From Hormiphora californensis (Eukaryota > Animalia > Ctenophora): a stretch of 64,000 nucleotides of DNA. The DNA lies in assembly GCA_020137815.1 (NCBI GenBank), contig CM035350.1, positions 4,216,001-4,280,000 on the forward strand. Direction: 5' to 3'. The notes below the pieces were generated by a model that saw nothing but the letters and a program-made list of their open reading frames with translations, was not told where the DNA came from and ran no database searches. Positions 12,499 through 51,332 of this stretch are shown here, in pieces; positions within the stretch are counted from its first letter, which is position 1; every line of letters starts with the position of its first letter. A program made the position numbers and the translations under genes.

Positions 12499-13399
12499 AA
12501 CCCCCCTGTTTTAATTGTAACCCCCATTTCATCCATTTTAGCTAGTTCATCTCATTCACCAGCAGCTGAAATCATTTACGATTCATTTCGAGTAAGTTCC
12601 TATGGTTTTTAATTCCTTTTTCACACTATGATACTCAGACTTAGAAGAGCACACTAACAATTCGGTATAACTGTTGCTGAAAACTCTGCTATAGTTTCAC
12701 CTTTACAAATGTAAAGGGAGGGTTAGAACATAACAACCTTTTCAGCAAAACAAGGTTGGGCTGACCCTCAAGGATGAACGAGAGGCAATTTCTACGTTAC
12801 GTCACAGTCTGAAACGAAGCACCCGACCAACGTTACGTCAGGCAGGTATATTTTATCTAATATTTTGGTGTTTTACATTTTTCTACATTTGCCATTGGTG
12901 CTGCTCAAGGGAAGATTCTTTGAACGAACTAAACTGTAGCGCGCCTAAGCTCTCATCCCGTGAAAAGACACTGTTGTCAGCATGAGTCGCGCGCGCTCTC
13001 TGGAAGAGTTGAGTTTCTAAAGAAGCTCCAGTCACATTTCATATATTTTCAAACATTCTCTCATCACTTTCAGCAACTTAAACCACACCTGTACACACAC
13101 TTTATTTAGAAGTTACTCCGGAGACAAATGGGGATATAATTGAGCTTGAAGATGATGTGTTTCTGAGACGAGGAGGCCGATCCGAGAGTGAGGAGGATTT
13201 GATATCGAACAAAGAGGAAGCCCTAGAGTGCTACAGACGAATGATAGAGGTACACAGTTGCACATACCGCGGGGGGAGGGAGGCCATGATATTACACAAT
13301 CCTTCACCTAGAATATAATTCTTTTAGTTATTTTCTATAGAATATCAGGCATGTGCCAGATCACAGGATGTTATAAGTTAATAGTTCCTACCCTTTCAG

Positions 13400-14819
13400 A
13401 GAAGTAAAACACCCCTGACATCGACTGATAGTGGCGAATGGTTTGGTGTTAACACGCTAGTCCGTATTGGTGCCCCTGAGGTCCGCTCGCCCCTTCAACA
13501 ACTAGGCAGGCCCGGCTATACCCCGTCGCTGCTCCATGAACAACAACATCAAGGCCCAACTGGAGTCCCTGCCTGAGTTTGTACCCTGGTTCATATACCT
13601 TGTTTCCCTGGCCCAAGTTGTCATGTTGTGTATTATGTTGTGGTCATATAATGGATTTCATACCTTTGGAATTGAGCCGTACACCACATACCAAAACAAC
13701 ACACCGACCGTGTTCTCAAGTTATGACCAGGTCCACCGGACAGTCCGGCCGAACTTGTGGTGCGGGCCCGATGAGAACTTTCTAATCAAGTTTGGGGCTC
13801 AATTTAGCCCCTGTATGCGGGAGGACCATGCAATTAACATCCGATCTACTAACCTGTACAACAAGGATCGGGATCAGTTTGTGTGTTGCCAGTTTGAGAA
13901 CATCAACAGGAACTGGGTAGGTTATATCAGCAGTAGGACGTGTAGAGACTATGGTAAACCCCTCTCCTACACCAACTGTACAGTGTTCACCGACCACCAA
14001 CCCATGTATACCCACAAGTTCAGGCCATGCTGTGTGAACTCAACTGGGGGTTGTATCCTCACCTCACAGGAGCACTGCCTCTTCCTTAAGGGTCACTGGC
14101 AGGACAAGGCAGAGACCTGTGGGCAAGTTAACTGTCTGTCCCAGGTGTGTGGGTTGGGTGGACTGAAGAGTAAGAGTCCGAACTCGCCCTACATTGCAGA
14201 GGCTAACCAGTGGTACAGACTTGTCTCAGCGATATTCATCCATGCTGGAATCCTCCACCTGATACCGGCACTATTCGTTCAGCTGATACTTGGATCACAA
14301 ATTGAAAAAACAGCCGGCTGGTTTCGAACAATGCTGATCTATTTCATCTCCGGTGTTGGTGGCAACTTGACAAGCAGTGTTTTTGTACCCTACCACCCTA
14401 CATGCGGGTCAGGGGGTGCTGTTTATGGGTTGCTGGGGGTCATCCTGGTGGAGTTCATACAAAGCTATCAGGTAGTCCACCGGCCAGGCCGGGAACTGGC
14501 CAAGTTATTGGGTGTCGTAGTTGGATCTCTTTTGGTGGGGACTCTTCCCTATATAGATAACTTTGCACACCTTGGTGGTATGGTGTACGGGGTGTTATCC
14601 GCCTGCCTCTTCCTTCCCTACATCACATTTGGGAGTTTTGACTCGGGGCGGAAAGTGTGCCAAATCGTGGTCGCACTTTTGGTGATAATTTTCTTGTTTA
14701 TTGTGAGCTTGGTTGCCTTTTATATCGTCCAGGGAACGGGATGGTGTAAAGGGTGCTATTATATAAACTGCATACCGTACAGCAAAAACATGTGCAAGGA
14801 CACTTTCTCTTCATTGTAA
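13400..14819 (+). CDS. RHBDF: Inactive rhomboid (iRhom/RHBDF-like); further 5' exons likely at about 12750-13100
   Basis: Cys-rich iRhom homology domain, WYRL..AIFIHAGILHL and DNFAHLGG. An upstream GEWFGV motif joins the main ORF if one C of 13521-13524 is removed. Confidence 0.88.
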
Positions 14820-15104
14820 CACTCAAATCTTCCTAATTCTTATTTGTGATTTCTATATATTTTTGTTCCTTCCCCCCTCATCCCTATTGTATTGCAAACA
14901 TGTGTTTGTGTGTGGGTGTGTGTATGTGTGTTTGATAAAAGTTAAAAGCATTTTCAAGTTTTATAATGACCGGTGTTTTTAATCCCCCCACCTACCATGG
15001 TTACCCCGCTTCAAACAATAAACCCAATATTTCCCAAATACCTTCCTTCGTTTCCATCCTATTTTATACCACGTCAAAACTTTAACCAAACACTCTTCCC
15101 TAGC

Positions 15105-16199
15105 ATGGCGTTTCCCATCAGACGACTGTTTGTAGTTACTGTTGCAGTATTTTACATCTACCTAGGCATCAACAAGGTATCTCCAATGCTCAACCCTGGT
15201 CTTCACAAAGAATTTGTAAGTTATTGGTTTGCTATTATATCTTTACAACACTTTTTCCATACATTGTATCGGGTATCCAACCCCCCCCCCCCCCCTAAAT
15301 CTTCATTTCACCATATATATCCCCTGCAGGATTCTGCGTTTGTCGGACACGCCAAAGTGTTCCCTGGCCGAATTGGAATTAAAATAGAACCAGATTTGTT
15401 CCGGTTTGCGTTTGGGATCGCGGAAATCGTGTCAGGTAATTTGAAACCACACACAGCCCCTAGATTTGAGGTGTGGGGACACGGTCTCGTGTAATTGCCC
15501 CCAATTAGATGATCCAATACACACTACTGCCACACGATGTGCCCTGTTTTATTCACACAGTTCACAGTTCACAGTTCTCTGTCCGATTAAATTCCAGCTA
15601 TAAACTCGAACAGTAATATACCATCTATTACCCCAAGCCCCATATATATTACCCCCTGCCCCATATATCTAACCCCTGCCCCATCTATCTAACCCCCTGC
15701 CCCATCTATCTCACCCCCCTGCCCCATCTATCTAACCCCCTGCCCCATCTATCTAACCCCCTGCCCCATATATATAACCCCCTGCACCATCTATCTAACC
15801 CCCTGCCCCATCTATCTACCCCCTGCCCCATCTATCTAACCCCCTGCCCCATCTATCTACCCCCTGCCCCATCTATCTAACCCCCTGTCCCATCTATCTA
15901 ACCCCTGCCCCATCTATCTAACCCCCTGCCCCATCTATCTCACCCCCCTGCCCCATCTATCTAACCCCCTGCCCCATCTATCTAACCCCCTGCTCCTACC
16001 CCCAGGCGTTTTCCTGGTTCTCGGTGAGACGGTGTGGTGTGTGTACGCAGTGTACAGTCTCCTGCTCATGACCACCTTCACCTGTCTCTCCTACTACACC
16101 CAGGGCGAAACTAACAAGTGTATTCCCTACCTTGTTGGACTTAGTCTCACATCGGTCCTTGCTTCTGGAACTGACATTCGTCACTGGAAATATGAATAG
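15105..16199 (+). CDS. TMEM35: TMEM35/NACHO-like DoxX membrane protein, 3 exons
   Basis: Exons 15105-15215, 15330-15435 and 16006-16199 join in frame: FYIYLGINKVSP...FRFAFGIAEIVSGVFLVLG. Confidence 0.7.
15637..15992. repeat. Intronic tandem repeat, 20-22 bp unit (cccatctatctaaccccctgc), about 16 copies
   Basis: Directly visible, ending 13 nt before the acceptor at 16005. Confidence 0.95.
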
Positions 16200-16879
16200 A
16201 ACACACATGACACTGTGCTGTCAGCGTGACCACTCTTCCTGCAGTACAAAGGGTCATCGCAATGTCTGACAGACAGTAGACACTATGACAGACATGTACT
16301 TTGGCAGATGTATTCTTACGGTGCTGCTTGGTACACCATATATAACTGTGCTTGATATTTAGTAGTGTTAGTAGGTTATTGAGTTTAATTATTCCCATGG
16401 TATGTTTATTGATTTTAACAAATTGACTATTGTACACAATATTTAAGACACATTTTACCAAATTTAACCAGGTTTTTCAGGGTTTGTCAAACTATTATTT
16501 TTGGTCGGTTTTGAGCATTGATTTTGTGATGTCTTTAACCCCTTTCCATAGTTTCAGCAGTTAAAATAAAAAATTCAGTTGGAAATGAAGAGCTCGGACA
16601 GGCTGCAAGTTATGATACGAATTCACAAGTTGAAATGATAAAACAAATGACTCGGACTACCTCTCATCAAAAGTCAACCTCAAAAACTGTAAGTAATCCT
16701 GACTACACGGTTAATAAAAATGTTAAATGTTTTACAGCAACTCTCCACTAACATTTCTCTACAAATGCTACATACTCTTACACATTCCTTATGATCCAAT
16801 ATCTGGATTCAATGCTGGTCATCCTTTAATCCTAATCACGGCCGATTTGTAAGCCACCACGTCCGATACACACTGTCAT

Positions 16880-18399
16880 CTACATGACAGCACACACCTT
16901 ACTCTGGCTGTCTTTTAGACTCTTCGGTAGGTCGCCCCTTCTGTTTGGGTTGTCTTCTAGTGTTGTTACCACCTGGTTGGGAGATGTTTGAATCTTAACA
17001 TTTGACTGTTTGATCTACCGAAATATGGCAGATCTCGAAATAAAATGCAATGTGATGTCTTGGCCGGACTAACGTCTAACACAGAAGGGCGCGACGTGCC
17101 CAATGTGATGCCAATGATAATGTACCTGTAGAACCTCTAGAAAATCCAGGGCAATACTGTTGTCGGTGTCCAACTTGTTCAGAATGTCCTGAATTTGGGT
17201 GGACGTGAAGAACAGTCCAGAGCTCTCCAGGATCTTTGATAATTCTTCACTATCTATCGTCTGGAGGGGGAAATATTATTGGAACTCATTTTGTAGACTG
17301 GTGTACAGTGTACAGTGTACACTGCTGCAGTACACTACTGAAATTGATCTAAAAATCAGAATTTAAAAGCATATGCTCCCTGTTGCTAGGTTACTAACCT
17401 ATGGTTAACCTGGTTAGTCAGCAGATTTCACGGCATCACACTTACCCCATCACGATTTGCATCTGCCTCCGTAAACTTCTCCCTACACGTCAAGTAGGTC
17501 TGCAACTTTAGTTTTGGAAACCTTTCTGCTGCCTGTTTCACAGTGGCACAATCTTCACACGTGTCACCATTGCAGCTCGCTAAAGATTCTGTGTCTGAAT
17601 TTACACTTGTCTTGCTGACCACTGATGCCCGCTTTCCTGGGAAGAAATGGAGGACTTAATAGGAATCCTAATATATAGGATAAGGGTCAGAATCTGACTG
17701 TCAGATAGGACCGGTATGTTAATTTACCCTTCTTTTTCCGAACAGTTTTCCGTTTCCCCTGTTTCTTCGGTCCCCCGCCACCGCCTGGTTCCTTCCCATA
17801 TACTGCACTCATAACGTCTGGTGTGGGCCCTGTTTTACTTGTCTTCCGGGTTTTAGGGGTTGCTGCTGCTGCCTCGTTCTAATACGGGAAATATATCTGA
17901 TTAATAGGGGCACGATAATGAGTACTGACGCTGTCATCTGATAATGATCAATGGAAGCATGATATTGAACATTGTATCCCGGGACCAGCACATTCAACAT
18001 TGGCCGATTTTAGTACGTACCTTTAGTGATTGAACCTCGTTTTCAAGTCGGTATATTTTCAACTTCAACTCATCAATGTGGTCTTCTTTTTCAACAAGAC
18101 TCTTCGTTAGGGTGTCCTTTTCTTTGGCAAACAAGTTCGCAATGGCAGCTGAAGGAAATGATGATAAAGGTTTGGGTGACACGTGCTGAATGCTTTTATG
18201 TACAACGTGTGTCTTTATATTCGTATATCTCGGCCATACCAGTTGGGAGATGAATATATCTCTGACCGACAGACATGTACAGACTGACATGTAAAGACTG
18301 ACAGAACACTGTTCTGTACAGTGGGAACAGACCTGAATCATGTGCTGATATTGCATTTCCAGTAATTGATGTTTCCGCCAGGAACGCCTCTTTGGACAT
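16880..18399 (-). CDS. Coiled-coil plus two-EF-hand protein with C-terminal CAAX (CAVM)
   Basis: About six exons: MSKEAFLAET..., AAIANLFAKEKD...LK, EF loops DANRDG|TIDSEE and DTDNSIALDFLE, and a last exon ending SKVCAVM*. Confidence 0.75.
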
Positions 18400-19580
18400 G
18401 ATGTCGGGCTGATAAAACAGTTGATTAGAGCAGGGAGGAACAAGGAGGAACGATGAGGAACAGCTATACTTGTATCTAGATGAGGACGCTGGAGTTACTT
18501 GTTGAGTAACTCAAGAATCAATAACTGTATCAGTGTGGAAAGCAATTTGCAATTGAAGGATGCGGTTACAACTTGTATACGATATTTACTCGAACATCAA
18601 ACAATCATTTGATTAATACGTGCTGGGTCGCTGGAAGAACGTGCGAGAAAAACAGTGGGGGAGTAAAATTCCACCGTCCATGACGAGAGAGTTCCAATTG
18701 AGTAAAGTAAAATGTAATAAGAGGTGATGTTTTTGTATAGAGTTTCATGCTGTTACTATGGAAACTAGAAGCCTTCCTGGGAGAAGCAACCATCGGTCTT
18801 TAGCCGAAAAGTAATGTGGGAATCTTGGCGATTATTTAATTGTAATTTCCACCCGCGAAGTATTTTACTACTACTAGATTTGCTGATATTAGGATATGAG
18901 AGAAAGTTCAAATAAATTATGCTCATAAATAGAAGTGGCGAAATTTTCATCGCGTGGGTCCTCCGATCCTGTGACCTGTGTAAATTGATATTTTGACAAG
19001 CTGACCATGCTCCTTGTCAAAATGTCTACTTAACACAAATCACAGAGTTAACACAATACTAATAGAAAATTGGGTGATGGGATTTTTGTTTATTATTTTT
19101 GATTGATATGACAGAGTTTTAATTATTCTCTCTCAGCTCTGGGTCCGCGGTGAGTGTCACAATTCTGGAATCCTGTGCGTTTGTACTAGGGCATACGAAA
19201 CTCGTGTATAGAGCAAGGATGAACCTGGACTGTGGGAAATGGCACTGGCCATTTGAGTTATTCAACTATACTAAACCGGCTCTTGTCAGCGCTAAAATTT
19301 ATTACGCGCAAAAAATTACCGCGCATTCAAGATAATACTGCTGCGCGCCTGCTTATCCAATCGAAATTTAGATTTCGCGAAATGGAAATTTCTAATTTTT
19401 AAGACGTTGGCGTTTTTGTTGTTGTAAAAAGTAAAAACGTTTTTTCTCCCGCTAACGGCCACCCGTACTTTGATAAGCGCTAAATTCAGCTTCAAAAATA
19501 GATAATCAACTCAATCTGAGACGTGGCATTGAATAAATCCAAATTCTTGTGTCGATTCAACCCAAATTTCAAACCCAAAA

Positions 19581-19620
19581 TTCAAACTTTTCAACACTAC
19601 TTTAAACAAATTAATTTGAG
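19581..19620 (+). other. Genomic copy of the ctenophore spliced-leader exon without a GT donor
   Basis: TTCAAACTTTTCAACACTACTTTAAACAAATTAATTTGAG matches my recollection of the Pleurobrachia/Hormiphora SL. It is followed by ATATG, not GT. Confidence 0.85.
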
Positions 19621-19667
19621 ATATGTCCTCAGGATGTTGAGACCGCCCGTAGGGGCAGGAAGAAGTT

Positions 19668-20690
19668 ATGACGGAGAAACTCAATACCTCTGATGCAGAT
19701 GCCGATCCACTGAAATGTGTTGATCCCTCGGTGATGGAACTACTTCGTTATGCAGTAAGAGACGTTTTGTTAATCAGGAATGGAACCAAACCGAGTCACG
19801 ATCAGGTGGATGAAGAGCTGCGGATGTTATTCTTGGATTCCAGTCGATCACTGCCAGTAGACTACGCTTTAAAAAATTATAATGGACATCAGTTCATGGC
19901 CTTCACCAAGAACCTCTGCCGTCATATTCTTCTGATAGCGAGGGAAGCTGGACAATGTATGAAAAATAACGATGAAACTGTCCGTATGAAAGAACGTCGG
20001 GAACTAGAGGAGTGTAATCGGAAACTCAAGGAGGTACAAAAAGAGCTTGGCTCATTCAAGGAAGAGGTTGATAAACATCGGGTATCAAGGATTGAGTTAC
20101 AAGAGAAGCTGATTGAAGCACAAAAAAGTTTGATTGAAGTACAAGGTCAGAAACTCAATTCGGTGTCGGAGTCTGTTCAGAAGCAATTGCAGGGCTACTC
20201 CAAAGTACTTGTCCAGAACTGCTCAGCGGCTATTGCACCATCCCGCCTCCAAGCAGCATGGAAGAAAGCGTCAGTGCCCCTTCCCACAAGTACAACAGAA
20301 GAAGCAACTCCTGATCGAAAGCTGAATTTGGTTTTGTTTGGGCTACCAGAAACTACTGCAAGAACCACTGAGCATGAAGTTCGAGATATTTTTACAGAGC
20401 TGAATGAAAAACCAGTCATAACTTCCACAAAGCGAGTCGGCGAAAAGACTGATAACCGACCAAGACCAGTAATCGTTACCCTTGAAAGGAGGGAAACCTT
20501 GTTGCAGCTTCTCAGGAAAGCAAAGCAGCTCCGGGATTCAGAGAAATTTTCCTCGGTGTTTCTTTCCCCCGACCTAACACCGGAGGAACAGCGAGAACGG
20601 AAAACTCTCGTTGATACAGTGAAAGGACTGAGGCGAGACAATCCGAATGGACGATATTGGGTTAGCAGGGGGGTAATTAAATGTGGCTGA
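19668..20690 (+). CDS. LINE ORF1p-like protein (coiled coil + RRM + CTD, CR1/L2-group type)
   Basis: RKLNLVLFGLPE, RVG....RPRPVIVTL, LLRKAKQLR and VFLSPDLTPEEQRERKTLV motifs. Confidence 0.88.
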   Translation: MTEKLNTSDADADPLKCVDPSVMELLRYAVRDVLLIRNGTKPSHDQVDEELRMLFLDSSRSLPVDYALKNYNGHQFMAFTKNLCRHILLIAREAGQCMKNNDETVRMKERRELEECNRKLKEVQKELGSFKEEVDKHRVSRIELQEKLIEAQKSLIEVQGQKLNSVSESVQKQLQGYSKVLVQNCSAAIAPSRLQAAWKKASVPLPTSTTEEATPDRKLNLVLFGLPETTARTTEHEVRDIFTELNEKPVITSTKRVGEKTDNRPRPVIVTLERRETLLQLLRKAKQLRDSEKFSSVFLSPDLTPEEQRERKTLVDTVKGLRRDNPNGRYWVSRGVIKCG

Positions 20691-20873
20691 CTTCTAATCA
20701 GTGACATGTGCACTGAAGAGACTTCTAATGGGACTTATTAATGGCTATCCGTTTTGCCCACAAAAAAGGGGCAGTATATGTAATGTATACATTTTAGAGT
20801 TAATAATAATAATAATAATCAACCCAAATTCTAAATTTTACGAGCTTTTTCTCCAGTTTTAGGAGATGTAGAA

Positions 20874-47839
<26,966 letters not shown>

Positions 47840-48128
47840 ACTGAGTTTTTGGGCAGTTTTTAATAACTTATTAACATTATTTTATTTTAACGACCTCTTT
47901 TAACCCAAAATCGGTTTTTAGACTTGTGCATAGCTTAGTACGCTTGCATTACTGCACTTGCAGAGTTGCAGATGTTGACTAGAGCAGTTTTGAGATTACC
48001 TAATCCCTTCTGTAATCTCCAATTCCAACTACTACAGCTTTGAGAGACTTTTAACACACACTCTACTAAAAACCACCAGTGTTCAGAGCAGTACACACTA
48101 TTGATAACTTGATCGCTTGTTCGAAGAT

Positions 48129-49955
48129 ATGAGCCAGGATGAGGACCCCACAACAAATTCATCCTCTGAAAATGTAAGAGATATGTTTGCGATGTCTTAA
48201 GTATGCCTATTATATATTACTGTTACATGATTTGCTTGATCACTTCCCTTTCCTCCCCACAGTTCTATACCAGCTATATCGAGCCTGTTCGGATACCCAA
48301 ATTTGTCGCTCTTGAGCCACCGTCTTTTGATCAAACCGGTAGTGGAGATGAAGAAGAATTTGTGACGTCATACGAGCATCCCCTTCCCCGCAAACGTCAA
48401 CTCGTAAAGATGTCTCCTACAAACGTTAGTTGTTTGCGTGTAAGCCTCCACTCGATATAGACCCATTTCCTACTGATTTTTAAAACATTATTGACACAGG
48501 AAGGAGAAGAAGAAGAAGTTAGGGAGCCCCTGAAGGAGGTATCAGTTGAGTGCGATGAATCTATTACTGACCCGTTATTGATGGAAGAATCTGTTGGAAG
48601 TGGAATTAAGGAATGTCAGTTGGAAAAGGAACCTCAACTCTCTCCGAAAGTTGATGAAATTCAGTTACTCTCACCTCCGAGCCACGATACTTCTCCAATT
48701 CCCAGAGAGGTAACTTTTCCTTGAGTTAAACAGTTTTCTTTGTTGACCATTGATAACTTCTCTTCTGGAAAGGAGATGAAATAACAAACTTATCCTAATA
48801 TTTCAGATAGCTATCAATCGGTCAGCCAGTATGATAGAAGCCACACCACAGTGCTGCGATGGACCCTGCCAACTGGCCATTAAGCAAACTTTCTACTCGA
48901 TTGAGTTTGTCCTAAACCTGGCCTTCATCATCCATTCTCTCCTAACTGGACGCACTATTACTGGTGTTACTGGAGCCGTCACTATCTTCATCTCATCCTT
49001 TACTTCCTTCCTCTTTGCAGTACGATCTCTCCGGCAGACACAACCCTCTGGTTCGGGCTGCTCCTTCATCAAAACTTCTATCGGAACATTTCCCATTTTC
49101 CAGCTGATTGGAATTTACCGATGTAACATTAATAATCCTGGGCTGAAGTACTTTCTCTGTTACAGCCTTGCCCTAACAAACTACACGACACACATTGTCG
49201 ATTCAATGATTTTCGTCTTTCTCCGGCTGACACTTCTCAGTGAACTGACAATGCCGTCAATCATTACTCTTGGTGTACCAATATTCATCAATATGGCCGG
49301 CCTGATTATTTCTACAGTCGACTGGGAGTATTATAAACGTGCAAAATGCCACGAATCACATGATCTAAAACACTTTCAGTGGTGCAATATGTCCGTTTTA
49401 CCCCAAAACTTGGTAAAGTACGTGATCTACACGTTCATGATATCATCCCGGGTTGTGTCGTGTTTTGTTTTCCTCAATGGAATTTCCTGGTCGGTTGGTA
49501 ATCCAGAGGTGAAATACCTGCTTCTTGGGTGCCATGCTACCTTATTTGGTTTTATTTTTGGGACGTTTTGGATTAAATCTGACGGTAGATTGGCCCTTGC
49601 TAACTGCTGCTTCAGGACAGTTTTCGTGGCATTCAATCAGGTTTTTTACAATCAGCTGGGGTGTTTCCTGAAAGTCCCCTTCTCATTCCACTTTCTCCCC
49701 TCGTACATTGTCAACCTCGCGGCCATCGCTATTATCAGTGTGATTCGGAATATGTTTCCTGTAGAATTTAGAGACATGCATGTGTACCATACGGAAGCGA
49801 TGCTTTCTCCCCATAGTATAGCACTATACGGTGCATTTGGGATGTATTGTGTAGCGGGGTTACTTGTCTTGGTGTACAGAAAGTGTTGTATACCAGGTGT
49901 GCTGAAGAATAGGAAGTCTTGGAAATACGAAAAGAGTTCCTGGTGTGATATTTAG
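48129..49955 (+). CDS. Multi-pass membrane protein with acidic N-terminus, possibly a divergent XK-related family member
   Basis: Exons at about 48129-48173, 48263-48424, 48500-48709 and 48808-49955; many hydrophobic helices; FMISSRVV motif. Confidence 0.6.
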
Positions 49956-50177
49956 ACTCATGGTTTCGTGTGTTTGGGTGTATTTCATTTACTTTGTTCG
50001 TTTACTAGTCTAATTGATTTTATTGATTCTTAATCCGTTTGTCATTTTGTCTGAACAAAACATCAAATGAATTAAACATACCGCGCGTGTTGGTATTTGC
50101 GCGTACGAAAGCCGCGCAGATTTTATGGAGAAAAATTGCACTTTTATTTTTCCAGATCGAGTCGCAAAAGTCGGCCA

Positions 50178-50690
50178 GCGTTAAAATCTGGGTGTTTCGT
50201 GAGGGAAAACGTTAAAATCTGGGTGCCTTTCATTGCTAACAATTCGTAGTTTTAGCGCGCGCGACGGGTTAGGGCTATCCGTTAGGGTCTGGTTAGGGTT
50301 TGGTTAAGGGTTATCGGTTAGGGCTATCGATTCTCTATCAGTTACCGTTTAGTTTACTCAGATTGGCCATATGGTTGCGTGGCTATAGCCGTTTGAAAAA
50401 AGTCGGTCTAAGTGTACTCTTTTGGTAGCGCGCACCTGTAAACACGCTGCAAGGCACCCAGATTATAATCGCGCCCTTTCGTGAGTGCTGACAAACGGTT
50501 TTTATGGGTTAGGTCTTTTAAAGTAGGGTTATGGTTGGGGTTAGGCATTGACATTTCCTACTAGATAAACTTTGAATTAGCCAAAACAGTTGAGTGGTCT
50601 GGCGGTTAGAGCCATTTTAGTGAATCAACTTTTTTTCGCAGCGTGCACCTGTAAACAGGACACCAAACACCCAGATCGTAACAGCGCCCG
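50178..50690. mobile_element. Degenerate or nested MITE-like region with internal TTAGGG-like repeats
   Basis: aatctgggtg (twice) pairs with cacccagat (twice); ggttaggg repeats at 50266-50325. Confidence 0.5.
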
Positions 50691-51332
50691 CAAAAGTCGA
50701 AGTCAAAAAAATCTCTTGAAAAGCGCTGCCTTATCCCGCGCTATCGGGGGTCAGCAGCGTTTGCCAAAAAAAATCTCACGAGGAAGATTTTTTTCTAATT
50801 TTCCTCCCTATTTAATCCTGAACAGATCTCATCATTGATATTTAACCAAACCATTCTTCCACAATCGTGATCTGCCCGTCTGTGTGTTTTCCTTCACTGC
50901 AGTACAGTAGGGCGTGTATGTGTAAACTGTAAGAGAGAGAAAGTGATATTAGCAGCCAGAGAAGGTATTGTTCCGATATCCTGGATCCATGGAAATATTA
51001 TTCTCTAGTCAAGACATCTTATATCACTTGAGGTACATGCAGCAGACTTTGCTGTATTGCTTTTACGTTTCCATTGATTCTAGTATTTTATTGTTTTTGT
51101 CTAGTGGTACAACGATCAGGTTGGAACTGGACAGCACGAGTCAGTACTCATACCACTTCCAATCCCTTTTCAACAACTATGTATAAGAGATATGTCATGG
51201 GTGGAGTTGGATAGTTTTATTTGAAAGAAATGAAAAAATGCTTTGGTTTTGATAATGATAATCATTAAAACTTCAATTAAATGGTTTTCCTCTAGGTTAG
51301 CTAGTTCATCAGTATCGCAGTTATCTTGTCCT

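Larger units (their letters stand above)
19581..20818 (+). mobile_element. SL-headed, ORF1-only non-autonomous retroelement
   Basis: SL, then a 47-nt UTR, the ORF, a 3' stem-loop (tgccc...gggca, about 20755-20773) and a (TAA)6 tail. Flanking repeat tcaacccaaatt at 19557-19568 and 20819-20830. Confidence 0.8.

Noticed and set aside
13481-13505. 25-nt mini-intron restoring the iRhom frame
   Set aside because: Weak donor; removing one C gives a better iRhom-like YTRR.SMNN sequence and fits the error pattern seen elsewhere.
19581-19700. SL RNA gene
   Set aside because: No GT donor after the leader; it runs straight into a UTR and ORF.
50266-50325. Interstitial telomere
   Set aside because: TTAGGG motifs are spaced and degenerate, inside a MITE-like element.
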